This document shows, piece after piece, positions 25,446 through 37,623 of a stretch of 64,000 nucleotides of DNA. The notes beneath the pieces are model-generated. The model was not told the DNA's origin. It did no database searches and saw nothing but the letters and a program-made list of their open reading frames with translations. How positions within the stretch are numbered: the first letter of the stretch is position 1; every line of letters starts with the position of its first letter. The stretch comes from Mobula hypostoma (taxonomy: Eukaryota), in assembly GCF_963921235.1 (NCBI RefSeq), contig NC_086108.1, forward strand, positions 21,514,001 through 21,578,000. The letters are read 5' to 3'. The translations under genes were made by a program, and so were the position numbers.

Positions 25446-26580
25446 ATTCAACTTGATCATGGATAAAGATAGATCTGGTCCTCGGGTTGAGGTTCTAAAC
25501 TAGAAAGAGGCCACATTTGAAGAAACGAGAAAGGATCTAAAAAGCATGGATTGGGACAGGTTGTTCTCTGGCAAGGATGTGATTGGATGTGGGAGGCCTT
25601 CAAAGGAGAAATTCTGAGAGTGCAGAGTTCATATGTTACTGTCAGGATTAAAGGCAAAGTGAATAAGAATAAGGAACCTTGGTTCTCAAGGGATATTGGA
25701 ACTCTGATAAAGAAGAAGAGAGAGATGTATGACATGTATAGGAAACAGGGAACAAATAAGGTGCTTGAGGAGAAAAAAGTACAAAAAAATTCTTAAGAAA
25801 GAAATCAGGGGGGCTAAAAGAAGACATGAGGTTGCTTTGGCAGTCAAGGTGAAGGATAATCCAAAGAGCTTCTACAGGTATATTAAGAGCAAAAGGAAAG
25901 TAAGGAATAAAATTGGTCCTCTTGAAGATCAGAGTGGTTGGCTATATATGGAACCAAAAGAAATGAGGGAGATCTTAAATGGGTTTTTTGCATCTGTATT
26001 TACTAAGGAAACTGGCATGGAGTCTATGCAAATAAGGCAAACAAGTAGTGAGGTCATGGAACCTATACAGACTGAGTAGGAGGAGGTGCTTGCTATCTTG
26101 AGGCAAATCAAAGAAGATAAATCCCCAGGACCTGACAGGATATTCCCTCGGATCTTGAAGGAGACTAGTGTTGAAATTGCAGGGGCCCTGGCAGATATAT
26201 TTAAAATGTCGATATCTACGGGTGAGGTGCTGGAGGATTGGAGGATAGCTCATGTTGTTCCGTTGTTTTCCACTGAGGCTAGGGGAGAAAAAAAACCAGA
26301 GGACATGGGTTAAGGGTGAAGGGGGAAAAGTTTAAAAGGAACATTAGAGGGGGCTTCTTCACACAGAGTGGTGGGAGTGTGGAATGAGCTGCCAGATAAA
26401 GTAGTAAATGCGGGCTCACTTTTAACATTTAAGAAAAACTGGGACAGGTACACGGATGAGAGGTGTATGGAGGGATATGGTCCAGGTGCAGGTCAGTGGG
26501 ACTAGGCAGAAAAGTGGTTCGGCACAGCCAAGGTGGGCCAAAAGGCCTGTTTCTGTGCTGTAATGTTCTATGGTTATATG
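25446..26580 (+). mobile_element. CR1 LINE, 3' part, with most of RT deleted
   Basis: Continuation of 13560-13825; jumps from WRIAHVVPLF directly to the C-terminal region near 26265; ctatggttatatg tail. Confidence 0.9.
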
Positions 26581-26915
26581 ATCCTTATATAATACTCATT
26601 CGAAGTGTCAGGTTAAGTTTGGACCACAGTATGTGCAGACTGACTTATCACTCTTTGGCACAAAAATGAGGAATTATAAAGGTCCCACAACAAGTCATCC
26701 CAAGCCATTCAACTATGGCATAATTTTGAGAGAAACCTCAGAGTCATAGAACATCAGACCATTCCATGTCTTTACAAGAAGAATCCCACAACACAGTTTT
26801 CTTCCTGGGCATCTTAAATATTCAGATTTTTTTTGAGATGTGTGATTCCTGAAATATTTTGTATTGAATTGCACCATAAAAAACTGAACATTTTATCAGG
26901 ATGCCATTGACTTAC

Positions 26916-26983
26916 TTCTCATCGACCTCTATGTACTTCCTTGTAACATAATGGGCTACATCAGTCTTCTCCTCCACATGTTT
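26916..26983 (-). CDS. Internal coding exon C of the host gene (KHVEEKTDVAHYVTRKYIEVDE)
   Basis: Acceptor aatttccttatag, donor AA|gtaagtc, 68 nt, phase 0 to phase 2, compatible with exon B. Confidence 0.65.
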
Positions 26984-27539
26984 CTATAAGGAAATTGAAT
27001 AAGCCATATTACCAACTATTTCCAATACAGAAATAATATTGTGAAAAGAGTCAATCAACTGAATCTGAAAATTCATCAAACAAGATTTCAAATCTGAAAT
27101 ACAAACAGAAAATGCAAGTACTCAGCAAGACAAGGAACATAATGGAGAGAGGAACAAAGTTGATGTTTAAGGTTGATGATCTTTCAGAATCATTCTTAAA
27201 TAGCAAGAACGTGGGGATGAACAGGAGGAACTACAAGAATGTCTGTGAAAGGTAACATACCTGTATATGCATACAAATTAGTTACATACTTAATAACTTA
27301 AACAGATAAATTGTTGAAAGGGTTTTAACTGATTGCATCATGGTGTCATATGGCAAGTAAAATGAGCAGGAACCTAAGAAACTGCAAGACGCTGCCCAAC
27401 ACATTGCAGGCCCATCCCTCCCCTAACTTTGGCAGCATCTACAGGAGGTGCTGCCTCAAGGAGACAACTTCTATCACCAAACATCCCCACCAGCTAGGCC
27501 ATGCCATCTTCTTGCAGGTACAGAAGCCTGAATATACTT

Positions 27540-29790
27540 AAATACTGCTACACAGCAGTCAAGGATGCCTACCGTTCCATCCCACGACCTCACTTCGGAA
27601 AATCAGACCATCAGGCCGTACTCCTCCTCCCAGCTTACAAACAGAAACTGAAGCAGGAGGTCACGGTGTCAAAAGTAGTGTCGCGTTGGACGGAGGAAAT
27701 GGATGAGGTCCTCCATGACTGCTTTGAATCGGTGGACTGGTTAGTATTCAAGGACTTGGCAGCTAACCTCGATGAGTATGCCTCAGCTGTCACGGACTTT
27801 ATTTGGAAATGCACGGAGTGTGTGTCTCGCAAAACGATCTGGGTATTCCCTAACTAGAAACCTTGAATGAATTATGAGGTCAAGTCCCTTTTGAAGGCTA
27901 GAGCTGCGGCTTTTAGGTCCAGGGATACCAGTCGCTACACGGAATCCAGGCGTGAACTCCGGGAAGCCATTAAGGGCGCCAAGAGGCAATATCGAGTCAA
28001 GTTGGACGCCCAGGCTAACCAGAGGGATGCCAGTAGACTATGGCAGGGTCTAAATGAGATCACTGGGAGCAAAGAAAAGGCTTGGAATATCAATAACTGT
28101 GGCGCTTCTCTTCCTGACGAACTTAACATATTCTACACAAGATTCGAACAGAAGAGGAGCATCTCACTCCATCCAGATGAACCGGACCTGGTGGCATCGA
28201 GATTCATCGTCACCGAGGAGGACGTTAGAAGGGCCTTCCTGAAGATAAATCCAAGGAAGGCGACGGGTCGAGGTGGCGTCCTGGGACGGGTTCTCCAGGC
28301 CTGTGCAAGTGAGCTAGCTGGAGTGTTTGTTGATATCTTCATCTGTTCCTTGCTTCAGTCTAAGATCCCCTCGTGTTTTAAGAAGGCAACGATAATCCCA
28401 GTGCCGATAAAGAGCAAGGTGGCATGCCTGAATGACTATTGACCTGTGGATCTGACATCAATTGCTATGAAGTGTTTCGAGTGATTAGTTATGGCACACA
28501 TCAACCACAGCCTACCAGTCAACCTCGACGCTTTGCAATTCGCCAACCAGAGCAACAGGTCAACGGCAGATGCCATCTCTCTGGCCCTGCATTCCTCCTT
28601 AGAACACCTGGAGAATAAAGATGCATACATAAGGCTCCTTTTCATTGACTATAGCTCTGCCTTTAATACCTTCATTCCAAATAAGCTGATTCCTAAGCTC
28701 CGGAACCTGGGCCTTAGCACTCAGATCTGCAGCTGGATCGTCAACTTCCTCACAGACAGGACCCAGGCTGTAAAAGCAGGGGACAAGCTCTCCTCTACAA
28801 TCACTCTGAGCACCGGTGCCCCACAAGGCTGTGTACTCAGCCCCCCACTGTACTCACTGTACACCCATGATTGTGTAGCCAAGTTTCCATCAAACTCAAT
28901 ATAAAGTTTGCTGATGACACAACAATTGTAGGCCGTATCTCGGGTAATGATGAGTTTGAGTACAGAGAGGAAATTAAGAACCTGGTGGCATGGTGCGAAG
29001 ACAATAACCTATCCCTCAACGTCAGTAAGACGAAGGAATTGGTTGGTGACTTCAGAAGGAGTAGCGGACCACACGACCCAATTTACATCGGTGGTGTGCA
29101 AGTGGAACAGGTCAAAAGCTTTAAGTTCCTCAGGGTCAATATCACAAATGACCTGACTTGGTCCAACCAAGCAGAGTCCACTGCCAAGAAGGCCCACCAG
29201 CGCCTTTACTTCCTGAGGAAACTAAAGAAATTTGGCCTGTCCCCTAAAACCCTCACTAATTTTTACAGAGGCACCATAGAAAGCATTCTCTTAGGGTGCA
29301 TCACAACCTGGTATGGAAGTTGTCCTGTCCAAGACCGGAAGAAGCTGCAGAAGATCGTGAACACAGCCCAGCACATCACACATACCAATCTTCTGTCCTT
29401 GGACTCACTTTACCCGCACACTGTCACAGCAGTGCTGCCAGGATAATCAAGGACACGACCCACCCAGCCAACACACTTTTCGTCCCTCTTCCCTCCGGGA
29501 GAAGGCTCAGGAGCTTGAAGACGTGTTCGGCCAGGTTTGGGAACAGCTTCTTTCCAACTGTGGTAAGACTGCTGAACGGATCCTGACCTGGATCTGGGCC
29601 GTACCCTCCCAATATCCAGACCTGCCTCTCGGTTTTTTTGCACTACCTTACTTTCCATTTTTCTATTTTCTATTTATGATTTATAATTTAAATTTTTAAT
29701 ATTTCCTATCGATTTGTAATCCAGGGAGCAGGAAGCGCAGAATCAAATATCGCTGTGATGATTGTACGTTCTACGACAATAAGTATAAAG
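27540..29790 (+). mobile_element. Rex1/Babar LINE (5'-truncated, frameshifted), nested in an older Rex1-like 3' fragment (about 27330-27535 and 29795-30100)
   Basis: [44 protein letters not shown] motifs. Confidence 0.9.
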
Positions 29791-30264
29791 AATAAAGTTC
29801 CACACCAGTAGCTTCAAGAACAAATACTTCCCTTCAACCATTCCGTGCTTAAACTAACTGGCACAACTCTAATCACTAGAGTTTAATGACAATTTGCTCA
29901 CTTTGCACTACAAAGGACTTCGTTTTTATTTTGTTCTGACTGCATTCTTTCTTGGGAAAAACATACTTATGGTTTATTTATGTATTTCGTGAATGCTACT
30001 TATATGATACTTTACATCTCTGACGCTGCTGTGGGCAAGCTTTTCATTACATCTCTACATACATGCACTTGTGCATCTAACAATAAACACAGCTTTGACT
30101 TAGACTTTAAAATTAAGAACTGGAATGGGGCATCCAACTTCTCAGATTTGCTCTGCCATTTAAAAAGATCTAATTGTTGTCTAATTGTGACCTCAATGAA
30201 TCACACAAATGGCAGGGGTACCAGCTGAAAAAGGGTGGTTAACAGAAAGGGTAAATGAAATTTG

Positions 30265-32412
30265 GAAAATCACTGACTGGCACATGCTCAGGGAGGCTGC
30301 AACTGATGGTGACTCTACCAACTTAGAGGAGTACACGGCATCAGTGACTAGCTACATCAGCAAGTGCATTGATGACGTCACTGTGGCCAAGACCATCACC
30401 ACACACGCTAACTAGAAGCCATGGATGGCCGTGGAGGTACTTGCGCTGCTGAGGACCCGTGTCTCTGCCTTCAGAGCAGGTGACAAGGCAGCCCTAACAA
30501 CAGCGAAGGCCAAACTGTCCCGGGCCATCAGAGAGGCAAAGCGTGCACACGCCTACCGAATCCACGGCCACTTCCAGGACAGCGGCGATACACGGCGCAT
30601 GTGGAAGGACATTCAGGACATCACCAACTACAAGACAACACCAACTGCCTGTGCTGGTGATGCCTCCCTCCTAGATGCGGTAAATAACTTCTACGCTCAT
30701 TTTGAGGTGGAAAATGATGTGGCGGCGAGGAAGACCACCCCTCCTCCAAACAACCAGGTGCTGTGTCTTACCGTGGCCGATGTGAGGAGAACCCTGTGTA
30801 GGGTCAACCCACGGAAGGCTGCTACACCAGACAATGTTCCTGGCAGAGTGCTTAGAGGATGTGCAAACCAGCTAGCTGAAATTCTCATTGACATCTTCAA
30901 CATCTCCCTGAGCAGCGCCATTGTTCCTACGTGCTTCAAGGCCGCCACCGTCGTCCCTGTGCCGAAGAAGTCTTCAGTGTCCTGCCTCAACGACTGCTGT
31001 CCCGTCGCACACACATCCATCATCATGAAGTGTTTCGAGAGACTCGTCATGAGGCACATCAAGACCCCGCTGGCCCCCTCACTGGACCCCCTGCAGTTTG
31101 CGTACCGTCCCAACCATTCAACAGATGACGCCATTGCCATCACCCTCCGCCTGGCCCTAACCCACCTGGACAAAAAAGACATGTACGTTCGAATGCTGTT
31201 CATGGACTTCAGTTCAGCATTCAACACAATCATTCCTCAGAAACTGATTGTAAAGCTGAGGCTACTGGGTCTGAACACCTCCCTCTGCAACTGGATCCTA
31301 GACTTCCTGACTGGGAGACCTCAGTCAGTCCGAATTGGAAGCAGCATCTCCAACACCATCACACTGAGCACGGGGGCCCCCCAGGGCTGTGTGCTCAGTC
31401 CACTGCTGTTCACTCTGCTGACCCACGACTGTACTGCAACACACAGCTCGAACCACATCATCAAGTTCGCCGATGACACGACCGTGGTGGGTCTCATCAG
31501 CAAGAATGATAAGTCAGCATAGAGAGAGGAGGTGCAGTAGCTAACGGACTGGTGCAGAGCCAGCAACCTGTCTCTGAATGTGAACAAAACGAAAGAGATT
31601 GTTGTTGACTTCAGGAGGACATGGAATGACCACTCTCCGCTGAACATCGACGACTCTTCCGTAGAGATTGTTAAGAGCACCAAATTTCTTGGTGTTCACC
31701 TGGCGGAGAATCTCACCTGGTCCCTCAACACCAGCTCCATAGCAAAGAAAGCCCAGCAGCGTCTCTATTTTCTGTGAAAGCTGAGAAAAGTACCCCCCCG
31801 CCCCCATCCTCACCACATTCTACAAAGGTTGTATTGAGAGCATCCTGAGCAGCTGCATCACTGCCTGGTTCGGAAATTGCACCATCTCGGATCGCAAGAC
31901 CCTGCAGTGGATAGTAAGGTCAGCTGAGATCATCATCGGGGTCTCTCTTCCCGCCATTACAGACATTTACACCACACGCTACATCCATAAAGCAAACAGC
32001 ATTATGAAGGACCCCACGTACCCCTCATACAAACTCTTCCCCCTCCTGCAATCTGGCAAAAGGCGCTGAAGAATTCGGGCTCTCACGATCAGACTATGTA
32101 ACAGTTTCTTCCCCCAAGTCATCAGACTCCTCAATACCCAGTGCCTGGACTGACACCAAGCTACTGCGCTCTACTGTGCATATTGTCTTGTTTATTATTT
32201 ATTGTAATGCCTGCACTGTTTTGTGCACTTTATGCAGTCCTGGGTAGGTCTGTAGTTCAGTGTAGTTTTGTGTTGTTTTACGTACTTCAGTGTAGTTTTT
32301 GTATTGTTCATGTAGCACCATGGTCCTGAAAAACATTGTCTCGTTTTTACTGTGTAGCGTACCAGCAGTTATGGTCGAAATGACAATAAAAATTGACTTG
32401 ACTTGACTTGAC
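30265..32412 (+). mobile_element. Rex1/Babar LINE, second family
   Basis: ORF 30425..31522 with [34 protein letters not shown]; aataaa followed by a (gactt)n tail. Confidence 0.92.
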
Positions 32413-32429
32413 TCATCAGCTCAGAGATT

Positions 32430-33190
32430 AACCACTGTCTGAGTAGGGCTAGTGGAGCCTATGCAAGGTTAAGGAAAAGAGTCTTTGAAGACCATGATGT
32501 ACAGAGCCAAACAAAACTTTTGGTCTACCAAGCACCCATTCTTCCTGCATTTCTGTATGGTGCTGAATCATGGCGCACATACAGCAGACACCTGAAAGCC
32601 CTGGACCAATATCACCTAAGAGCCTTACGAAAGATTTTGAGGATCAGCTGGTAGGACAGTCACACGAACACCGGCATACTGGAGGCGGCCAACATGATCA
32701 GCATCTCCACCTCAATAAAGCAATACCAACTCCAAGGAATAGGTCATATCATCCAGATGCCAAACTCGTGTCTCCCCAAACAGATCCTTTACTCCCAACT
32801 GAAAGGTGGTCAGTGAGCCCCTGGTGGGCAAAGGAAACACTTCAAAGATAACATCAAAATCAGCTTGATGAATTCAACATTACATCTAAAAACTGGGACG
32901 ACATGAGCACTTACAGTATTAGATAAACCTGGGTGAAACCTGTTCAAGTGGGAGCTGTGCTACATGAGAGCAATCTTCGCTGTGCCACAGAGAACAAGTG
33001 ACAACTGCAAAAGGACAGACTGAATAAGCAAAAAACACAACTACTGACCACAACCAACATTTATTCTTGTCCACACTGCACCAGAGTATGTGGATCCTGG
33101 ATCGGCCTCTACAGCCACCTGAGGACCCACCAATAGGCAACTCCTTAGGAGAACTTCACATGTGTATCGAGGGATTGCACTACTACTACC
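32430..33190 (+). mobile_element. RTE-clade LINE 3' fragment
   Basis: ILPAFLYGAESWRTY...LRKILRISW, and C-terminal CPHCTRVCGSWIGLYSHLRTH. Confidence 0.75.
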
Positions 33191-33199
33191 AGCTCCACC

Positions 33200-34750
33200 A
33201 CCACTGGAAAATATTATGCATACCAAAGAAATGAGGGGAATAAATAGTGAGATCTTCTATCAGATGCTTATTATGAAGAAGGAGGTATTTGCAGCCTTGA
33301 AGGACAGTAAAGGTGAGTAAATCCACAAGTTGACCAAGTACACTCCTAAACATTATGGGAGGCCAGGGAAGAAATTATGGAAATCTTTCTAGAGATATTT
33401 GCATCAGTATTAGCTACTGGTGAAGTTCCAGAAGATCAGAGGGTGACTAATGTTGTTCCATTGTTCAAGAAGGGTTGCAAGGACATACCAGAGAACTACA
33501 GCAAGTCAGCCTATCTTTACTGGAGTAACTGGAGGGAATTCTAAAAGACAAGATTTACCACTACTTGGGTCGTCAAGGCCTGATCAGGAATAGTCAGCAT
33601 GTTATGTGTGTGAGAGGTCATAACTGTCAAATCTTTTGAGGTTTTTCGAAGATAGATGAAGACAGGACTGTGAATGTTGTCTATGTGAACGTTGGTAGGC
33701 TAATCTGGAAGGTTAGGTCACATGGGATTCGGGGGAGCAAGCGAGGTGGATTCATAATTGGCTCAATGATAAGAACAGGATGAAGGACTATTCTGACTGG
33801 GGGTCAGTGACCAGTAGGGTGTCGCAAGGATCAGTGTTGGGAATCCTGTTATTCATTAGGCATGTAAATGATTTGGATATTAAAGTATCTGACATGATTA
33901 GCAAGTTTGCTGATGTTACAAAAAATAGTTCTTTTTGATAGTGAAACAATGAATTGCAAAGAGATATTGATTTGTGAGGGAGATGGACTCAGGAATGGCA
34001 AATGGATTAAGTGTGATGTGATGCATTTTAGACAGTCATACCAGCAGAACTTGAACAGTGAATGCCAGGGCCCTAATGAGTGTTGTGGAACAGCGGGACC
34101 CAGGAGTACATGTGCACAGTTCATTGAAAGTGGCTGCACAAGTACACAGGGTGGTGAAGACGGCATTTAGCATTCCTGACTTCATCAGTTATAGCATTAA
34201 GATTAAGAGCAGGAACATTATGTTGCAGTATATAAGATGATGATAAGACTGCACTTGGAGTACTGCATACAGTTTTGTTGCATAGCTTTAGTTATCTTGT
34301 TATAGTAAAGACATTGTCAAGGTGGACAGGGTGCAGAAAACATTTCTCAAAATGTTATCTGGACTAAAGTATCTGAGTCAAAGGAAGATTGGTCACGTTG
34401 GACCTCTGTACCTTGGAGCATAGAAGAATGAGAGATAACTTCATGGATGTTTATAAAATCATGTGCAGCAAGGATAAGGTGGACAGTCATGATCTTTTCC
34501 CAGTTGAGGAATCCAAAACTAGAAGGCACAGATACAAGAGAAGGGAGAGATTTAAGAACCTTGAAATCAACTTCTTTAAATGGATGGTTATCAGTATCTG
34601 GAATGAGTTGCCAGATGAATTGGTCAAGGATGATATAACTGTAACATTTAAGAGGCATTTGGATAGATACAGGAAAGTGGCTTTCAAAATACAAAATCAG
34701 GGCAAGTAGGACTACAGCGAGGTTGCTGTGGTTAGCATGTTTCCCTATGA
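33200..34750 (+). mobile_element. Old degenerate CR1 ORF2 fragment
   Basis: NVVPLFKKG, SQGSVLG, SKFAD and IWNELPDE remnants, many stops. Confidence 0.8.
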
Positions 34751-35851
34751 CTCCAAGACGTGCTGGTTTGTAGGTTAATTGTCAAATGGAAATTTCTCCT
34801 AATGCAGATGGGTGATAGTCGAATCAGAAGGTGAGAAAAGGTTTTCGGGAAATAACTGGAAGCATGGGACTAATGGAATTGCTTTGAGAGCTAGCATAGG
34901 CTCAATGGGCCCAAAGGGTTCCTTTTCTGTTGCAAGAGCATATGAAAGAAAATGAAACCAAAATCTAAGCAGAACTTAAATAAATAAAGAACTTATTTCC
35001 CAGATTTACTAGAAATTGTTGACCAAGTTAGATGAACATTGAAATAAGGTAAATTATTTATTAAATTCCTTGATGATCTATTATTCAATCTGAGCCATGA
35101 AGCCAAGAACTGAAGCAAGTAGCCAGGAAAACTGGAGCGCGTGGAAGGGAACCTCCAAATGAGTGGGTTGTTTTACTTCATCAGAAATACTGTTTCATCT
35201 CTCAGCAAGATGCTTTTTCCAATCCAATGTACAAAACAACACGATTACATGTAGTCTGTGAAGTTAGTGAGGTAACCTGATACAATGTTATAATAGACTT
35301 TAATCATAGCAACAGGTGTTATTAATGTTTGTTAGATTAAAACTTTGCTTTTGCGTGCACACAAACCACTATCCTTTAAACGTATGCCAACTTCAGCAAT
35401 GTACTTGAAAAAGAAACACAACCATGGAAAAAAAAAAGTAGAAATAAACTGCCAGCCTTAAAAATCATGTTTTGCTTGGAGCCAAAGTTAAGCAGCAGTT
35501 TAAAAAAAAACAAGATTAAACTTACACGTTTTCTTTTAAACGGTACCTCATTCCTACCTATCATTTAATTCTGGGTTTACTAGAGTCCACTGGTCTGAAT
35601 CCCCTCAAACTACATTTGACTACCATTAAAGGAAATGAAAAATGTGTTGCAGTGGTTCATGTTGTTAATAAGAGAGTTTATGGAAAATACAGGTCGCTTA
35701 ACAGTCTGGTTACATGAACTTGAGATTTTTCACACAGTTTAAAACACAATTCATCTGTTGAATGCCACTTAGAAACTAGAAAGATTTATTTAAGGCAAAG
35801 GAGCTAACTGGCTTGAAAAATGACTAGGCAAAGAAACATTGGATAACAATA

Positions 35852-37622
35852 CAGTGGCATGCAAAAGTTTGGGCACCCCTAGTCAAAATTTCTGTTACTG
35901 CGAATAGCTAAGCGAGTAAAAGATGAACTGATTTCCAAAAGGCATAAATTAAAGATGACACATTTCTTTAATATTTTAAGCTGGGTGGCAGTGTTAGCAG
36001 TGAGGAGGATGCTAAGAGGATGCAGGATGACTTGGATAGGTTGGGTGAGTGGGCAAACTCATGGCAGATGCAATTTAATGTGGATAAATGTGAAGTTATC
36101 CACTTTGGTGGCAAAAATAGGAAAACAGATTATTATCTGAATGGTGGCCGATTAGGAAAAGGGGAGGTGCAACGAGACCTGGGTGTCATTATACACCAGT
36201 CATTGAAAGTGGGCATGCAGGTACAGCAGGCGGTGAAAAAGGCGAACAGTATGCTGGCATTTATAGCGAGAGGATTCGAGTACAGGAGCAGGGAGGTACT
36301 ACTGCAGTTGTACAAGGCCTTGGTGAGACCACACCTGGAGTATTGTGTGCAGTTTTGGTCCCCTAATCTGAGGAAAGACATCCTTGCCATAGAGGGAGTA
36401 CAAAGAAGGTTCACCAGATTGATTCCTGGGATGGCAGGTCTTTCATATGAAGAAAGACTGGATGAACTAGGCTTGTACTCGTTGGAATTTAGAAGATTGA
36501 GAGGGGATCTGATTGAAACGTATAAGATCCTAAAGGGATTGGACAGGCTAGATGCGGGAAGATTGTTCCCGATGTTGGGGAGGTCTAGAACGAGGGGTCA
36601 CAGTTTGAGGATAGAGGGGAAGCCTTTTAGGACCGAGGTTAGGAAAAACTTCTTCACACAGAGAGTGGTGAATCTGTGGAATTCTCTGCCACAGCAAACT
36701 GTTGAGGCCAGTTCATTAGCTATGTTTAAAAGGAAGTTAGATATGGCCCTTGTGGCTACAGGGGTCAGGGGGTATGGAGGGAAGGCTGGGTTCTGAGTTG
36801 GATGATCAGCCATGATCATAATAAATGGCGGTGCAGGCTCGAAGGGCCGATTGGCCTACTCCTGCACCTATTTTCTATGTTTCTATGTTTCTATGTAAAA
36901 CTTATTTATTTCCATATTTTACAGTTTCAACATAACAAAAAAGGAAAAAAGGCCCGAAGCAAAAGTTTGGGCACCCTGCTTGGCAGTACTTAGAAACACC
37001 CCCTTTGGCAAGTATCACAGCTTGTAAACGCTTTTTGTAGCCACCTACGAGTCTTTCAATTCTTGTTCGGGAGATTTTCACCCATTCTTCCTTGCAGAAG
37101 GCTTCTAGTTCTGTGAGATTCTTGGGCCACCTTGCATGCACTGCTCTTTTGAGGTCTATCCACAGACTCTCAATGATGTTTAGGTCGGGGGACTGTGAGG
37201 ACCATGGCAAAACCTTCAGCTTGCGCCTCTTGAGGTAGCCCATTGTGGATTTTGAGGTGTGTTTAGGTTCATTATCCTGTTATAGAAGCCATCCTCTTTT
37301 CATCTTCGGCTTTTTTACAGATGGTGTGATGTTTGATTCCAGAATTTGCTGGTATTTAATTGAATTCATTCTTCCCGCTACCAGTAAATGTTCCCCGTGC
37401 CATTGGCTGCAACACAAGCCCAAAGTATGATCGATCTACCCCCATGCTTAACAGTTGGAGAGGGGTTCTTTTCATGAAATTCTGCACCCTTTTTTCTTCA
37501 AACATACCTTTGCTCATTGCAGCCAAAAGTTCTATTCAAAAGGTCCAAAGGAACATCTAAACAAGCCTGATGCATTTTGGAAACAAGTCCTGTGGGCTGA
37601 TGAAGCTAAAATAGAACTTTTT
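35852..37622 (-). mobile_element. Tc1 transposon remnant (one TIR and transposase C-terminal part), interrupted by a CR1
   Basis: TA + TIR cagtggcatgcaaaagtttgggcacccc; inner direct repeat gcaaaagtttgggcaccc near 36960; WSSQSPDLNIIESLW and KRLQAVILAKGG (ORF 36902..37243). Confidence 0.9.
35981..36896 (+). mobile_element. Young 5'-truncated CR1 LINE
   Basis: Uninterrupted 258-aa ORF2 C-terminus (36020..36796) and (ttctatgt)n tail. Confidence 0.95.
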
Positions 37623-37623
37623 T

